Part shown: piece after piece, positions 28,850 to 42,778 of the stretch
How positions within the stretch are numbered: position 1 is the first letter of the stretch
Layout of the letters: the number at the start of each line of letters is the position of its first letter
Source: Camelus ferus
Lineage: Eukaryota
Direction: 5' to 3'
DNA length: 64,000 nucleotides
Assembly (NCBI RefSeq): GCF_009834535.1
Contig: NC_045696.1
Coordinates: 54,128,001 to 54,192,000 of the forward strand
The notes under the pieces: model-generated
What the model was told of the DNA's origin: nothing
The model's input: the letters and a program-made list of their open reading frames with translations, nothing else
Databases searched by the model: none
Program-made: the position numbers and the translations under genes

Positions 28850-29970
28850 CAATGTGCAGATATATAGGTCAATGGAATAGGATAGAGAGCCCGGAAGTAA
28901 ACCCTCGTGATGGTCAAATGATCTTCAACAAGGGCACCTTGAGTACACGGTGGGGAAAGGACAGTCTTTTCAACAAATGGTATTGAGAAAACTCGGTATC
29001 ATTATACAAAATAACAAAGTTGAATCCTTACCTTGCACCATATATAAAAAATCAACTCAAGATGGACTAAAGACCTGAAACTGTAAGACTCCTAGAATAA
29101 AACATAGGGGAAAATCTTCATGATGATGAATTTGACAGTGATTTCTTGGATACAACACCCAAAAAGCACAAGCAACAAAAAGCTAAGACAGACAAATGTT
29201 ATTACATCAAACTTAAAAAAACACTGTGCAGCAAAGTAAACAATCAACAGATTGAAAAGGTAACATAAAATGAGAAAAAATATGTGCAAACTATGTTTCT
29301 GATAACGGGTTAATATCCAGAAAATGTAAAAAACTCCTACAACTCAGTAACAACAAAAAATTACTCAATTAAAAATGGACAAAGAATAGCTTGAAAATTT
29401 CTCAAAGAATTAAACATAGAATTATCATATCCTGCAACAATCTTCTTGTTTTATATTGAAAATAATCCAAAACAGAATCTTGAAGAGATGTTTGCATCCC
29501 CATGTTCACTGCAGCATTATTCATAATAACCAAGAGATGAAAGTAAACTTAATGTTTATTTTTTGATGAATGGATAAAGAAAATGTGGTAATATAAATAT
29601 GGAGGAATATCATTCAAACTTACAAAAGGAGGAATTCCTATTATATACTACAAAGTGGATGAACCTTGAGGACATTACTCTAATAAGCTAGTCACAAAAA
29701 GACAAATACTGCACGGTTCTACTTGAATGAAGTATCTAAAGTAGTCAAATGCATAGAAAAAGTAGAAAGTGGTTACCAGGGGCTAAGGAGGAAGAAAAGG
29801 TGTCTTGTTGTTCAATGGGTATAAAGTTTCAGTTTTATAGAATAAAAAAACTTGTTGAAATCTATTGCATCATAATGTACATATACTTAGGACTACTGTA
29901 CTGTATACGCAAAAATAGCCAAGATGATAAATTTTATGTTATATATTTTTTAACCACAATAAAAATATTA
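28850..29970 (+). mobile_element. Old L1 (L1MA/MB-like) 3' fragment with internal deletion
   Basis: Degraded ORF2 3' sequence (caatggaataggatagagagcc, gtctttcaacaaatggt, catgttcactgcagcattattcataata) and a 3'UTR ending ttttaaccacaataaaaa. Confidence 0.85.
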
Positions 29971-29989
29971 TAGGAAGGAAACATTAACA

Positions 29990-30220
29990 TAGTGCATGTG
30001 AGAACAAGCTTTGGATTCTAACTAACTTGGGCTTAAATCTGGATTTAGCCTCATACTAGCTTTGTGAGCCCAGCAAGTCATTTAATCTTTCAGGCCGTAT
30101 TCCTGTTTGGTAAAATGTGGATGATAACTGTTTCTACCTTGTGTAATTATTATTTCAAATTTTTTAGATAAGTGTGAAATCCTGAACTGAGTTCTAGGCA
30201 GTTGGTAAGCACTGAATCAT
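29990..30220 (+). mobile_element. MIR-family SINE (degraded)
   Basis: tgggcttaaatctgg...tactagctttgtga...caagtcatttaatctt...gtaaaatgtggatgata...gtaagcactgaa. Confidence 0.7.
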
Positions 30221-33200
30221 TAGTAATGCAGGTCATGAAGAGGTGGTTTAAATAAAGGATTAGGGATAAGACTGGTAACTTCCTGAAATCTTTGAGGTTC
30301 ATGGAGACTGTGGGTAAGTAAGTATTTCAAGACTATCTATATTCACATTGTTGTTATGCCCATACTTTGGAATGAGCACCTTCACCAACATAACGATAGG
30401 GACCTGAGCTTTACTGCCCCTAACTCATCCACAGGTCTCTATCCAAAGTCCGGAAGTACTTCCAGCATGTAAGCTCCTAAACTTTTCCACAAACACCGCA
30501 GAACCTGATCATTCTACTTCAAAATGTACTTTGCCAAACATCATAACGTATTTTTAGAAACATACCAGAAAACATATGATAACAGAATTCCCATTTGTGT
30601 TTCCATATATTTATTTATTTTTTAATCATTTCTGGGGGAAGAACAACACATTAAATTTAGGAGATTGAATAATAAAAAATCTTTACCATGGCTCAATGAA
30701 TATTGGTTCTAAGTAGGTAAGTGCCTGATTACAGCTACTCAGACCCTCACAATAAATTAGCCTTTTAATTAAGGATGATCTGTCATCCAGAGGAATCAGA
30801 AATCAAATCAGAGTTTTTAGTGGTCTTCCTGGAAGAAAGCATTTCAAGAATAAATCTTCCAAAATGCACAATATTCCTCAGTTCTGCTGATAAAACAAAC
30901 AAAAAAAAATGGGGATATGTAAAGAGGCTTTCTTACTCCCTTATAAAATCTCCTAGATGATACTCCCAAAGGAAATAAAATCTGTCTTATTTCTTTGCCC
31001 ACCTTCAGTGAACTTTAAAGTCTGTCTATATGTACTGAAGAATCTTAAGTCCATTTTCCCTCTGGGATGGATTCAGCATATGGTCTGCTCCTAAGGCAAA
31101 TATTTATTTAAACTTTAAATCTAAAAGGAATTCTCCCATTTTATTTCTAGTTTTGTTTCCTTTGATCCCGAAAGTAATTAACTTCCAGTGGCAGCTAATT
31201 ATAAGTGAAGAAAAATCAGTCTATATGGCTGTTTGTTTGGTCCAGGCTTAGCAAAGTGTTTTTTAATTGGAAAGTCTTTTTGTTCTATGCTTTTTAAGCC
31301 ATTTTGCACTGTATTTATTATCCAGGATTCATATTATAACCATGACCTTTTATCTAATGACAGAATCTCACACAGAGAAAAAAATAATTATTTTAACAAA
31401 GAGACACTGGGGCTATAAAAGAGAAATGAGAGAGGCTGGGAGGGAGTAGAATGTCACACAAGAAAAGCCACAACTAAATCCACTCCCTAGTTGTCATCAT
31501 TACAATCCCAGAAAAACCTTCTTGTATCAAAAGACACCTGAACTGGGACATCCTCTTTCCTAAACTTATTTTACATAGAAATCAGTTCTTAAAAATAATA
31601 CAGGAATGGAAAGACACATATGGGAAATCGATCGAGGCCAGAGGTGCTACTTACTGTTCTGTGTTAATACTAATCATTGGGAGCATGGACGAATCTGAAA
31701 GTTAATGAGCTGACAGTCAAATGACCCTTACCACACACACTCCTCACTTCTCTGAAAATGACCCTTGCAGAAACTCACCAATTCTTTTTGCCACCAACTC
31801 CTTCCTTTTCACAAGGTAGACCAGGACTTATAAAATATGTATTGTCTGTTTAAAAGAACTATGTTGTAATGACTTTCTTTCTTTCTTTTTTTAAGTAACT
31901 GAACACAGTAATGGAAGTCTATTCCTGAGAGAGGACTCTAAGCTTCCTAGTCTTTCTAAACAACTCCTTAATCAACCAAAAATAATCAGGATTCCAGAAA
32001 AGCAACCCTCTACTTGCTAACCAGAAAGAGACCTTCATGTGACTGCTCTTCTGTTAAGGTAAGAACAAGTGCCACAAAGATAGTCTAGGGGCAGATCATC
32101 CAACACCTCTTCTATGTTTGTATAGAGTTAGACCATCAGAAAGCATTAGTTTACACTCGTGCAGAACACCATATGTGAGCTTCTATGGACTTGGCTTACT
32201 CAAGGGTCAAGGAATAAAATGACCATTTATCCCCTTCCTACAAAATTATTGATAAAGACAAGAGTCTAGGTTTTCCAATAACCAACATGAAAAATTTCTT
32301 TCCAAATACCATACAGGAAAAAAAAATGTGATTTCTCAAGAACTTGCATGTTATCTATTATTAATCAAATGAACTTTGTAATCCAATGCATATGATTTTA
32401 TTGCTTTTACTTCTAGGACTCCCAGGGTAAATACATTATCCAATAACAGTAACTAAGTTAGCCTAAGTGAATTGTATATTTACTTACCCCCACTCTTCTA
32501 GATTAATTTGAAATTTCAATTGTGTTTTAATAGATTTTAAAGTGCAGATTTTATCCTCCTATTTTTTGAGGAAACTGATCTTTAATGCTCCTGTCCTGAC
32601 AATTTAATGAATATAAATATTTTTTACTTCTACTTGAAATTTCAGAGATACATCTTTAAAGGTACTGTCATAACGCTACTTCTGCTTTTAAGAAATGCAT
32701 TAAAGTACAGATCATTGACTGTACACATGATAAAGTGGTTCACAGTTTTATACACATGACAAGGCATTAAAATATCTCACTAATGAATCAAAGATCATAT
32801 ATTATAAACCCTTATGTAGGCCACTCCATTATGGAGTTTATACGGTTAGTTACCTTCTAAACGTGGCTAATTGACCCCTAAAAGATTAAGTGGAGTAGTG
32901 TTCACGGGCTAGTAAATATCCATTCATACTGCTGGGAAACTAAACAAAAGTATGTACCATTGTTAGGGCATCACTAATAGTACCTTCACATACAAAGATT
33001 TGTACATACTTTCATTTTTAGAAATTACCAGAAACTGTTGCATACCAAGTCTTTCTATCTCTTTAAACTCTCTCTCCCTCTGAAGACTCAGCAATTCTCA
33101 AAGCTGTCTAATTTCTACCCAGTCCTCTTCTATCTCTAGGCTTCCTTAAGCATCTTGAGAAATCAGTCCTAGACATCATGGAAGGGGCTTTATGAAGACT

Positions 33201-34766
33201 ACACTATTACAGACATTTATAGAGAGCCCTGCTAATGAGCCATCTTATCTGCTGTAGCCCCCAAGTGGAATAAACTGTTAAAATATAAGTCTCACTCTTC
33301 CTTTCCATTACAGCTAAGTGGTGTTTTCCAGAAGAGCACCATTTTTCTCTACAGCAGAACTCTGAAAGTAACTTTATCCTTTAATCTGTTAGAAATCTGT
33401 CATGCATGAATTTTTAGCTTCTACCATAATTTCCAATGATTAATCCCATGTGTTTTGAGACCCTATTATTCTGTTCTCAAAAATGCAGAAAAACATACCT
33501 CTGAAATTTGATAAACAACTCTATGTCTACTTCACTAATACTAATTTTATAAAGTTTAAACAAACTTTTCATCTTTACAGAACAAACAGCACTGAGTTTT
33601 AAAGCATATCCTTGTATGAAAGTTCATCTGAATGAAAGATCATTTATAAATGTAATTCCCCTCAGTTAGATTTCTTGCTCAGGAGGAATTTGCATTAAAG
33701 GTAGCGTAAAACCTACTGGAGTTATTTTTCCTGTTTTCATTGTTGTTTGTTTTGCATAATGATAGGATCCATGATAGGAAAGTTCAGACAGGTGTTTCTT
33801 GTAAATTAATGCTTTGCCATTCTCTTATTCATTCTGAGCTATATCTGCTTACTTGTATGTAGACCATCTGTATCTGCATTGAGTGAAACAATTTCATCCT
33901 GTCTCCAACTCTGATCACTATTACATGGGTCATTATGGTCTCCTCTTCCTTATTCTCTCACCCTCTTTACTGAGGGCCGTTTCATACATTTGTAATACGT
34001 TTGGATTATTTTTACCACATTCAGCATTCCATCCTGGGATTTCCCAACCTCAATGATGTTATTAAACCTTAAAAAAATTAAAGTTCACTTTTTATGCTGT
34101 AATATTCTGTAGGTTCAGACAAATTCTAATGTCTTCTAGTTGCCATTCAAGGATCACATAAAATAATTTTACTCTAAAAAAGATCTGTAGCTCATCTATT
34201 CAATCTTCCTATTCCCCACCACTTTGAGCCCTGGCAACCACTGATCTGTTTGCCATTTCAATAATTTTGCCCTTTCCAGAATGCCATGTACGTGACCGCA
34301 TACAGTACAAAGCCTTTTTAGAATGGCTTGTTTTACTTAGCAGTTTGTTTTTAAGATTTATCCATGCTTTTGGTAACTTGATAGTTCACTTATTTAAATA
34401 TCTAAATAAGATTCCATTGTACGAATGTACCATAGTTTGTTTATCCACTCTTTTGAAGAGCATTCTGATGGCTTCCAGTTTGGGGCAATTGTGACTAAAG
34501 CTGCTGTAAATATTTACCTGCAAGTTTTGTCTGGATATAAGCTTTAAAATCACTTGAGTAAATACCTAGGAGTGTGATCATAAGGTAAAACTTTGTTTAG
34601 TTTTTAAGACCCTGCCACACTGTCTTCCAAAGTGGCTGTGCCATTCTGATTTTCTATTAGCAATGAAAAATTTCTGTTTCTCCACATCTCCCCAGCAGTT
34701 GGTATTAGAGATTTTTGGATTTTAGTGTCATGTTATCTCATTGTCATTTTAATTTGCAATTTTTTT

Positions 34767-34904
34767 AAACATTCTTTTTATTGAGTTATAGTCATTTTAC
34801 AATGTTGTGTCAAATTCCAGTGTAGAGCACAATTTTTCATTTATATATGAACATACATATATTCACTGTCACATTTGTTTTTCGGCTGTGAGCTACCACA
34901 AGAC
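34767..34904 (-). mobile_element. Very short young L1 3' tail inserted in the ancient L1
   Basis: Matches the terminal ~140 bp of the young L1 3'UTR. Imperfect TSD taatttgcaattttt (34750) / taatctgcaattcttt (34905). Confidence 0.85.
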
Positions 34905-35574
34905 TAATCTGCAATTCTTTTACTGATAAATGATGTTGAATATCTTTTCATACTATTTCCATCTATGTATCTTATTTAGTGAGATATCTGTTTTGATCTT
35001 GTTGGCTCATTTTAAAAATTGGGTTGTTTTCTTATTATTGAATGCTAAGAACTTTTTTATATATTTTGAATACAATTCCTTTATCAGATAATGCATTTTA
35101 CAAATATTTTCTCTCAGTCTGTGGCTCATATTTTAATTCTCTTAACAGTGTATTTATTAGAGCATATGTTTTTAATTTTAATGAATTAAGTTTTATCAAA
35201 ATTTTCTTTTATGGATTGTACTAGTGGTGGTGTGTTTAAAAACTCATCACCAAACTAAAGTGATATATGTATTTTCCCCTAAATTTTTGATGACAAGGTT
35301 TATAGTTTTGTACTTTAAATTTAGGTCTATGATTTATTTTGATGGAAAGAGTTCAGTTTCTCATTATCAAGTATCAGGTTAGCTGTAGGTTTTAAATAGA
35401 TGTTCATTATCAAATTGTGAAAGTTCCCCTTTCATTCCTACTGGAGTATTTATACGGTCCTTCTGTACCAATTGATATAACTATACGCATTTTCCTCTTC
35501 AGTCTGCTGATGTGGTGGATTATACTGTTTGATTATATTATGCATTATGTAGGTAGCCAGATAGGTAGATAGAC

Positions 35575-35690
35575 AGTCCTGCCAACACCATGGTTTCAGC
35601 TTCTAGACTTCAGAACCATAATAGAATGAATTTCTGTTGTTTTAACACAACCTGTGTGTGATAATTTATTATGTGCAGAAACTAATTCAG
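35575..35690 (+). mobile_element. MaLR (MLT1-type) LTR 3' fragment within the ancient L1
   Basis: cctgccaacacc...ttctagacttcagaacc...aatttctgttgttttaa...gaaactaattca is the typical MLT LTR end. Confidence 0.75.
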
Positions 35691-37655
35691 TTAGGGTGTA
35701 TAAATTCCTTTAGCATATTGTTGGATTCAATTTGATAGTGTTTCATTAAGAATTTTGTGCCTCTTTTAATGATAGATATCAGTCTGTAGTTTCCTTCCTT
35801 GTAATGTCTTTATATAGTTTTAGTATTGGTGTAATGCTGGTCTCATAGAATGAGTTAGGAAGCATTCCCTATTCTGTTTCTGGAGGAGACTGTGTAGAAT
35901 TGACATAATTTCTTAAATGTTTGGTAAAATTCACCAGTGAAACCATCTGGGATGGTGATTTCATTTTGGAGGATTATTAATTATCAATTCAAATTATTTA
36001 ATAGATAAAGGGATATTCAAGTTACTTCTCCTTGTGTGAGTTCTGGTAGTTTATGTCTTTCAAGGAATTGGTCGATTTCATCTAACTTAATCAAATTTGT
36101 AGACATAAAGTTGTTCACAGAATCAGTAATGATGACTCCTCTTTTATTCTTACTATGGGTACTTTGTATTACCTATATATACCTCTTTTTCTTAATTAGT
36201 TTGCTTAGAAGTTTATCAAACGTATTGATCATTTAAAAGAAATACCTTTTAGTTTTATTGATTTTCTCTATTTTTTTCCTGTTTTCAATTGTATTGATTG
36301 TGCTCTATTTTTTTTTTCCTTCTGCTTGCTTTAGGCTTAAATTGACATTCTTTCTCTACTTCTCTAAGGTGGAAGCTTAAGTTATTGATTTTGTATCTTT
36401 TTTTTCTTTTCTAATATACACATTTAAAATTAAATTTCCCTCTTGCTGCACTCTGTATTCCACAAATTTCTGTAATTTACATTTTAATTTTATTAAAAAA
36501 ATATATTTTAATTTCCTTAAGATTTCTTATTTGGCCCATATGTTATCTACAAGTGTAAAGTTTAATTTCCACATATTTGGGTATTTTTCAATAAATTTTA
36601 GTTTAATTCCATTAAGGTATGAGAATATACTTTGTATGATTTATATTCTTTTGTATTTGTAAAGGTGTGTTTTATGGCCTAGAATTTACTCTATCCTAGT
36701 GAATGTTCCAAGTGAGCTTAAAATGAGGATGTAAATTTGAGGAGTATATGTATTCTGCTATCACTGGATGGAATATTCTGTAAATGTCAATTAAATCAAG
36801 TTGATTCAGGTCAACTACATTCTTACTGATTCTCTGCCTGTTTGATCTATCAATTACTGACAGGGAGATACTGAAGTCTCCAAGTGTAATAGTGGATTTG
36901 TCTATTTCTTCTTTCAGTTCTATCAATTTATGCCTTACATATTTTGATGTACAGTTTTGGGGTGCATACACATTTAAAGTTAATATGTTTTCTGAAGAAT
37001 TTGTCATTACTAACACTTCTCTTTTCCTTTGATATTTTTTCTTATTCTGAAGTCTGTTAGTCTGAAATTAATGTAACTATCCCAACTTTCTATTAATTAG
37101 TGTTAGCATGTTATCTTTTAACCTATCAGAGTCTTTACTTTAATAGTGAGTTTTCTGTAGACAATATATAGTTGGGTCGTGTTTATTTATCTACTATAAA
37201 AGTCTCTGTTTTTTAATTTGTGTATGTAGATCATCTACACTTAAAGTGATTATTGATACATCTGGATTAATATCAACCATGATTGTAAACCTTTTCTATT
37301 CATTGTTGGAGGCTTTTCCCCTCTACCTTTTCTTTTCTTTTTTTTTTTTTTAACATTTTTTATTGATTTATAATCATTTTACAATGTTATGTCAAATTCC
37401 AGTGTTCAGCACAATTTTTCAGTTATTCATGGACATATACACACTCATTGTCACATTTTTTTCTCTGTGAGTTATAACATTTTGTGTATATTTCCCTGTG
37501 CTATACAGTGTAGTCTATTCTACAGTTTTGAAATCCCAGTCTATCCCTTCCCACCCTCCACCCCCCTGGTAACCACAAGTCTGTATTCTCTGTGAGTCTA
37601 TTTCTGTCCTTTATTTATGCTTTGTTTTTGTTTGTTTGTTTGTTTTTGTTTTTGT

Positions 37656-40600
37656 TTAGATTCCACATATGAGCGATCTCATATGGTATTTTTCTTTCTC
37701 TTTCTGGCTTACTTCACTTAGAATGACATTCTCCAGGAGCATCCATGTTGCTGCAAATGGCATTATGTTGTCGGTTTTTATGGCTGAGTAGTATTCCATT
37801 GTATAAATATACCACCTCTTCTTTACCCAGTCACCTGTTGATGGACATTTAGGCTGTTTCCATGTTTTGGCTATTGTAAATAGTGCTGCTATGAACATTG
37901 GGGTGCAGGTGTCATCCTGAAGTAGATTTCCTTCTGGATACAAGCCCAGGAGTGGGATTCCTGGGTCATATGGTAAGTCTAGTCCTAGTCTTTTGAGGAA
38001 TCTCCACACTGTTTTCCATAGTGGCTGCACCAAACTGCATTCCCACCAGCAGTGTAGGAGGGTTCCCCTTTCTCCACAGCCTCTCCAGCATTTGTCATTT
38101 GTGGATTTTTGAATGACGGCCATTCTGACTGGTGTGAGTTGATACCTCATTGTAGTTTTGATTTGCATTTCTCTGATAATTAGTGATATTGAGCATTTTT
38201 TCATGTGCTTTTTGATCATTTGAATGTCTTCCTTGGAGAATTGCTTGTTTAGGTCTTCTGCCCATTTTTGGATTGGGTTGTTTATTTTTTTCTTATTGAG
38301 TCGTATGAGCTGCTTATATATTCTGGAGATCAAGCCTTTGTCGGTTTCACTTGCAAAAATTTTCTCCCATTCCGTAGGTTTTCTTCTTGTTTTATTTCTG
38401 GTTTCCTTTGCTGTGCAGAAGCTTGTAAGTTTCATTAGGTCCCATTTGTTTATTCTTGCTTTTATTTCTTCTAGGAGAAAATTTTTGAAATGTATGTCAG
38501 ATAATGTTTTGCCTATTTTTTCCTCTAGGAGGTTTATTGCATCTTGTCTTATGTTTAAGTCTTTGATCCATTTTGAGTTGATTTTTGTATATGGTGTAAG
38601 GGAGTGTTCTAGCCTCATTGTTTTACATGCTGCTGTCCAGTTTTCCCAACACCATTTGCTGAAGAGACTGTCTTTATTCCAATGTATATTCTTGCCTCCT
38701 TTGTCAAAGATGAGTTGACCAAAAGTGTGTGGGTTCATTTCTGGGCTCTCTATTCTGTTCCATTGGTCTATATGTCTGTTTTGGTACCAATACCATGCTG
38801 TCTTGATGACTGTAGCTCTATAGTATTGTCTGAAGTCTGGGAGAGTTATTCCTCCAGCCTCTTTCTTTCTCTTCAGTAATGCTTTGGCAATTCTAGGTCT
38901 TTGATGGTTCCATATGAATTTTATTATGATTTTTTCTAGTTCTGTGAAATATGTCCTGGGTAATTGGATAGGGATTGCATTAAACCTGTAGATTGCCTTG
39001 GGCAGTGTGACCATTTTAACAATATTGATTCTTCCAATCCAAGAGCATGGAATATCTTTCCATTTTTTAAAGTCTTCTTTAATTTCCTTCATCAATGGTT
39101 TATAGTTTTCTGTGTATAATTCTTTCACCACCTTGGTTAGATTTATTCCCAGATATTTTATTACTTTGGGTGCTATTTTAAAGGGGATTGTTTCTTTACT
39201 TTCTTCTTCTGTTGATTTATCGTTAGTGTAAAGAAATGCAACTGATTTTTGAACGTTAATTTTGTAACCTGCTACCTTGCTGAATTCTTCAATCAGCTCT
39301 AGTAGCTTTTGTGTGGACCTTTTAGGGTTTTCTATATATAGTAACATGTCATCAGCATATAATGACACTTTTACCTCTTCTTTTCCAATTTGGATCCCTT
39401 TTATTTCTTTCTCTTGCCTGACTGCTGTGGCTAGGACTTCCAGGACTATGTTGAATAGGAGTGGTGATAGTGGGCATCCTTGTCTTGTCCCAGATTTTAG
39501 TGGGAAGCTTTTGAGTTTTTCACCGTTGAGTACTATGCTGGCTGTAGGTTTGTCATATATAGCTTTTATGATGTTGAGATATGTTCCCTCCATACCCACT
39601 TTGGCGAGAGTTTTTATCATAAATGGGTGTTGAATTTTATCAAATGCTTTTTCTGCATCGATGGAGATGATCATGTGGTTTTTGTCCTTTCTCTTGTTGA
39701 TGTGATGTATTACATTGATTGATTTGTGTATGTTGAACCAGCCTTGTGTCCCTGGGATGAACCCCACTTGGTCATGATGTATAATCTTTTTTATGTGTTG
39801 TTGGATTCTATTTGCTAAAATTTTGGTGAGGATTTTGGCGTCTATGTTCATCAGTGATATTGGCCTATAATTCTCTTTTTTTGTAGTGTCTTTGCCTGGT
39901 TTTGGTATCAGGGTGATGGTGGCTTCATAGAATGAGTTTGGGAGTATTCCCTCCTTTTCAATCACCTGGAAGAGTTTGAGAAGGACTGGTGTGAGTTCTT
40001 CTTTGTATGTTTGGTAGAATTCCCCGGTGAAGCCGTCCGGTCCTGGACTTTTATTTGTAGGGAGGTTTTTAATTGCTATTTCTATTTCCTTTCTAGTGAT
40101 CGGATTGTTCAAGTGTTCAGATTCTTCTTGATTCAGTTTTGGTGGACAGTATGTTTCCAGAAACTTGTCCATCTCCTCTAGGTTATCCAGTTTGGTTCCA
40201 TATAGTTTTTCATAATAGATCTCGTATGATATTCTGTATTTCTGTTTTGTTTGTTGTAATTTCTCCATTTTCCTTTCTTATTTTGCTAATTTGTGCTCTC
40301 TCTTTTTTCTTCTTTGTGAGTTTGGCCAGAGGTTTGTCGATTTTATTTACTTTTTCAAAAAACCAGCTTTTGGTTTGATTGATTTTTTGTATGGTCTTGT
40401 TAATCTCTATTGTATTTAATTCCTCTCTGATCTTTATTATTTCCTTCCTTCTGCTGCTTTTTGGGGCTTTTTGTTCTTCTTTTCCTAATTCATTCAGGTG
40501 GTGGGTTAAATTGTTTATTTGAGATTGTTCTTCTTTTTTGAGGAAGGCCTGTATCGCTATAAACTTCCCTCTTAGCACTGCCTTTGCTGTGTCCCATAGG

Positions 40601-41455
40601 TTTTGAGTGGTTGTGCTTTCATTATCATTTGTCTCAAGGTATTTTTTAATTTCAGCTTTGATTTCCTCATTGATCCATTGTTTTTTCAATAACATATTGT
40701 TTAATCTCCATGCTTTCCTTTTTTTCTCCTTTGTTTCTCTGTTGTTGATTTCCAGTTTCATGGCATTGTGCTCAGTGAAGATGCTTGAGATAATTTCTAT
40801 CTTCTTAAAATTGTTGAGGTTTCTTTTGTGCCCAAGTACATGATCGATCCTGGAAAATGTTCCATGTGCACTTGAAAATAATGTATATCCTATTTTTTGA
40901 GGGTGTAATGCTCTGAAAATATCCACCAAATCTAGTTTTTCTATTGTAGTATTTAATTTCTCTGTTGCCTTGTTTATTTTCTGTCTGGAAGATCTGTCTA
41001 GTGATGTTAATGCAGTGTTAAAATCTCCAACTATGATTGTATTCCCATCAATATCCCCCTTTATCTCTGTTAGTCATTCTTGTATGTACTTAGGTGCTCC
41101 TATATTGGGTGCATATATATTAACGAGTGTAATATCCTCATCTTGTATCACTCCTTTAATCATTATAAAATGTCCTTCTTTATCTTTCTTTATGGCCTTT
41201 GTTTTAAAGTCTATTTTGTCTGAAATCAGTACTGCAACACCTGCTTTTTTGGCTTTTCCATTTGCATGGAATATCCTTTTCCATCCTTTCACTCTCAATC
41301 TACATGTGTCCTTCTCCCTAAAGTGGGTCTCTTGTATGCAGCATATTGAAGGTTCTTGCTTTATTATCCAGTCTGCCACTCTGTGTCTTTTGACTGGAGC
41401 ATTTCAGTCCATTAACATTTACAGTAATTAATGATAGATGTGTGTTTATTGCCAT
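37656..41455 (-). pseudogene. L1 ORF2 (endonuclease/reverse transcriptase), disrupted
   Basis: Starts MAINTHLSLITVNVNGL at 41455. EN motifs CCIQETH, NIYAPN, IVGDFN; RT motifs [16 protein letters not shown] and YADD; C-terminal HCWWEC. Lesions: +1 frameshift ~41403, in-frame TGA at 41074-41076, +1 frameshift ~40219. Confidence 0.96.
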
Positions 41456-41862
41456 TTTGAACTTATCTTTGCAGTTGAATTGGTATATCCTCTTTGTTCC
41501 GTTCTTCTTCCTTTTGTGGTTTGGTAATTTTCCTTTGTATTATCATGGATTTTATTTACTTTTTGTGACTCCTTTGTAAATTTTTGGCTTGTGGTTACCC
41601 TTTTTTGTAAATCTATCAACCCATTACTATAACTGTTTTTATTAAACTGATAGTAACATGATCTCAAACCCATCCTACTGTTAAAAAAAAATTGAAAAAA
41701 GAAAGAAAAAAATATTCTATATTTCCCTGCCTCCCTCTCCCACTCTCAGTGATTTGTATGTCTTCTTTTATAATTTCATGTTTACTTTTATTTGTAATTC
41801 ATGAGTTATCACCTTTCCAGTTGTGTGTTTCTCGTTTCTGTAGCATCCTGCTGCTTTTCTAT

Positions 41863-42778
41863 TTAGAATAGCCCTTTCAATATTTCTTTTAGCATGGGTT
41901 TAGTGTTGTTAAACTCCTGCAGCTTTTTTTTTTTTTTTTTGTCTGTGAAACTCTTTATTTCTCCTTCTATCCTCAACGATAGCCTTGCTGGATAAAGGAT
42001 CCTAGGCTGCATCTTTTTTTCATTCAGGGCTTTGAATATATCTTGCCACTCCCCACTCCCTTCTGGCCTGTAGTGTTTGTGTAGAGAAATCAGCTGAGAG
42101 CCTTATGGGGGTTCCCTTGTAACTTACTCTTTGCTTTTCTCTTGCTGCCTTTAGAATCATTTCTTTATCCTTGACTCTGGCCATCTTGATTATGCTATGT
42201 CTTGGTGTGAGTCTATTTGGGTTCTTCCTGTTTGGGACCCTCTGAGCTTCCTGTACTTGGATATCTGATTCCTTCTTTAAGTTTGGGAAGTTTTCAGTCA
42301 TGATTTCTTCAAAAACCTTTTCAATCCCCTTTGATCTTTCTTCTCCTTCTGGGACCCCTATTATGTGAAGATTGGGATGCTTTATATTATCCCATAGGTC
42401 CCTTATGCTATTTTCATTATTTTTTATTTGCTTCTCTTGTAGTTCTGAATGGGTGCTTTCTATTGCCCTGTCTTCTAGATCACTAATTCATTCTTCTGCA
42501 TTATCTAGTCGGCTTTGCACAGCTATTAGATCATTCCTCATCTCTGTCAATGAGTTTACCCATTCTACTTGGCTCTTCTTTATAGCTTCAATTTCATTTT
42601 TGACATATTTTATATCTCTAAACACTATCTCTTTTAATTCCTTCAGCAATTCGATCACTCCTTTTTTGAAATCTTGATCTAGTAGGCTATCGATGTCTAT
42701 TTCGTTGATCTTTCTTTCAGGGGATTTCTGTTGTTCTTTTAATTGGGAAAGGTTTTTCTGCTTCTTCATCTTGCTCAT
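41863..42778 (-). pseudogene. L1 ORF1 (RNA-binding/chaperone protein), disrupted
   Basis: MSKMKKQKN... coiled coil, then IIGVPE, ENFPNL, TPRHSIIK, YKGTPIRLSADFS, ending LKEILKGLF* at 41863. Lesions: TGA at 42488-42490 (likely CGA>TGA) and a 7-bp duplication (GGAGTGG) ~42047-42060. An A17 run at 41924-41940 stays in frame. Confidence 0.93.

Larger units (their letters stand above)
33880..37317 (-). mobile_element. Ancient L1 (L1MD-like), 3' part: 3'UTR and degraded ORF2
   Basis: L1MC/MD-type 3'UTR (cctggcaaccactgatctg...tttgccttttccagaatg) and an endonuclease remnant LNVYAP...ITLGDF (ORF 36696-37016). Interrupted at the TSD of the young L1. Confidence 0.85.

Noticed and set aside
38224..41431. 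Plus-strand ORFs of 65-164 aa within the L1
   Set aside because: Antisense shadows of ORF2; low-complexity F/S/L-rich translations with no independent coding evidence.
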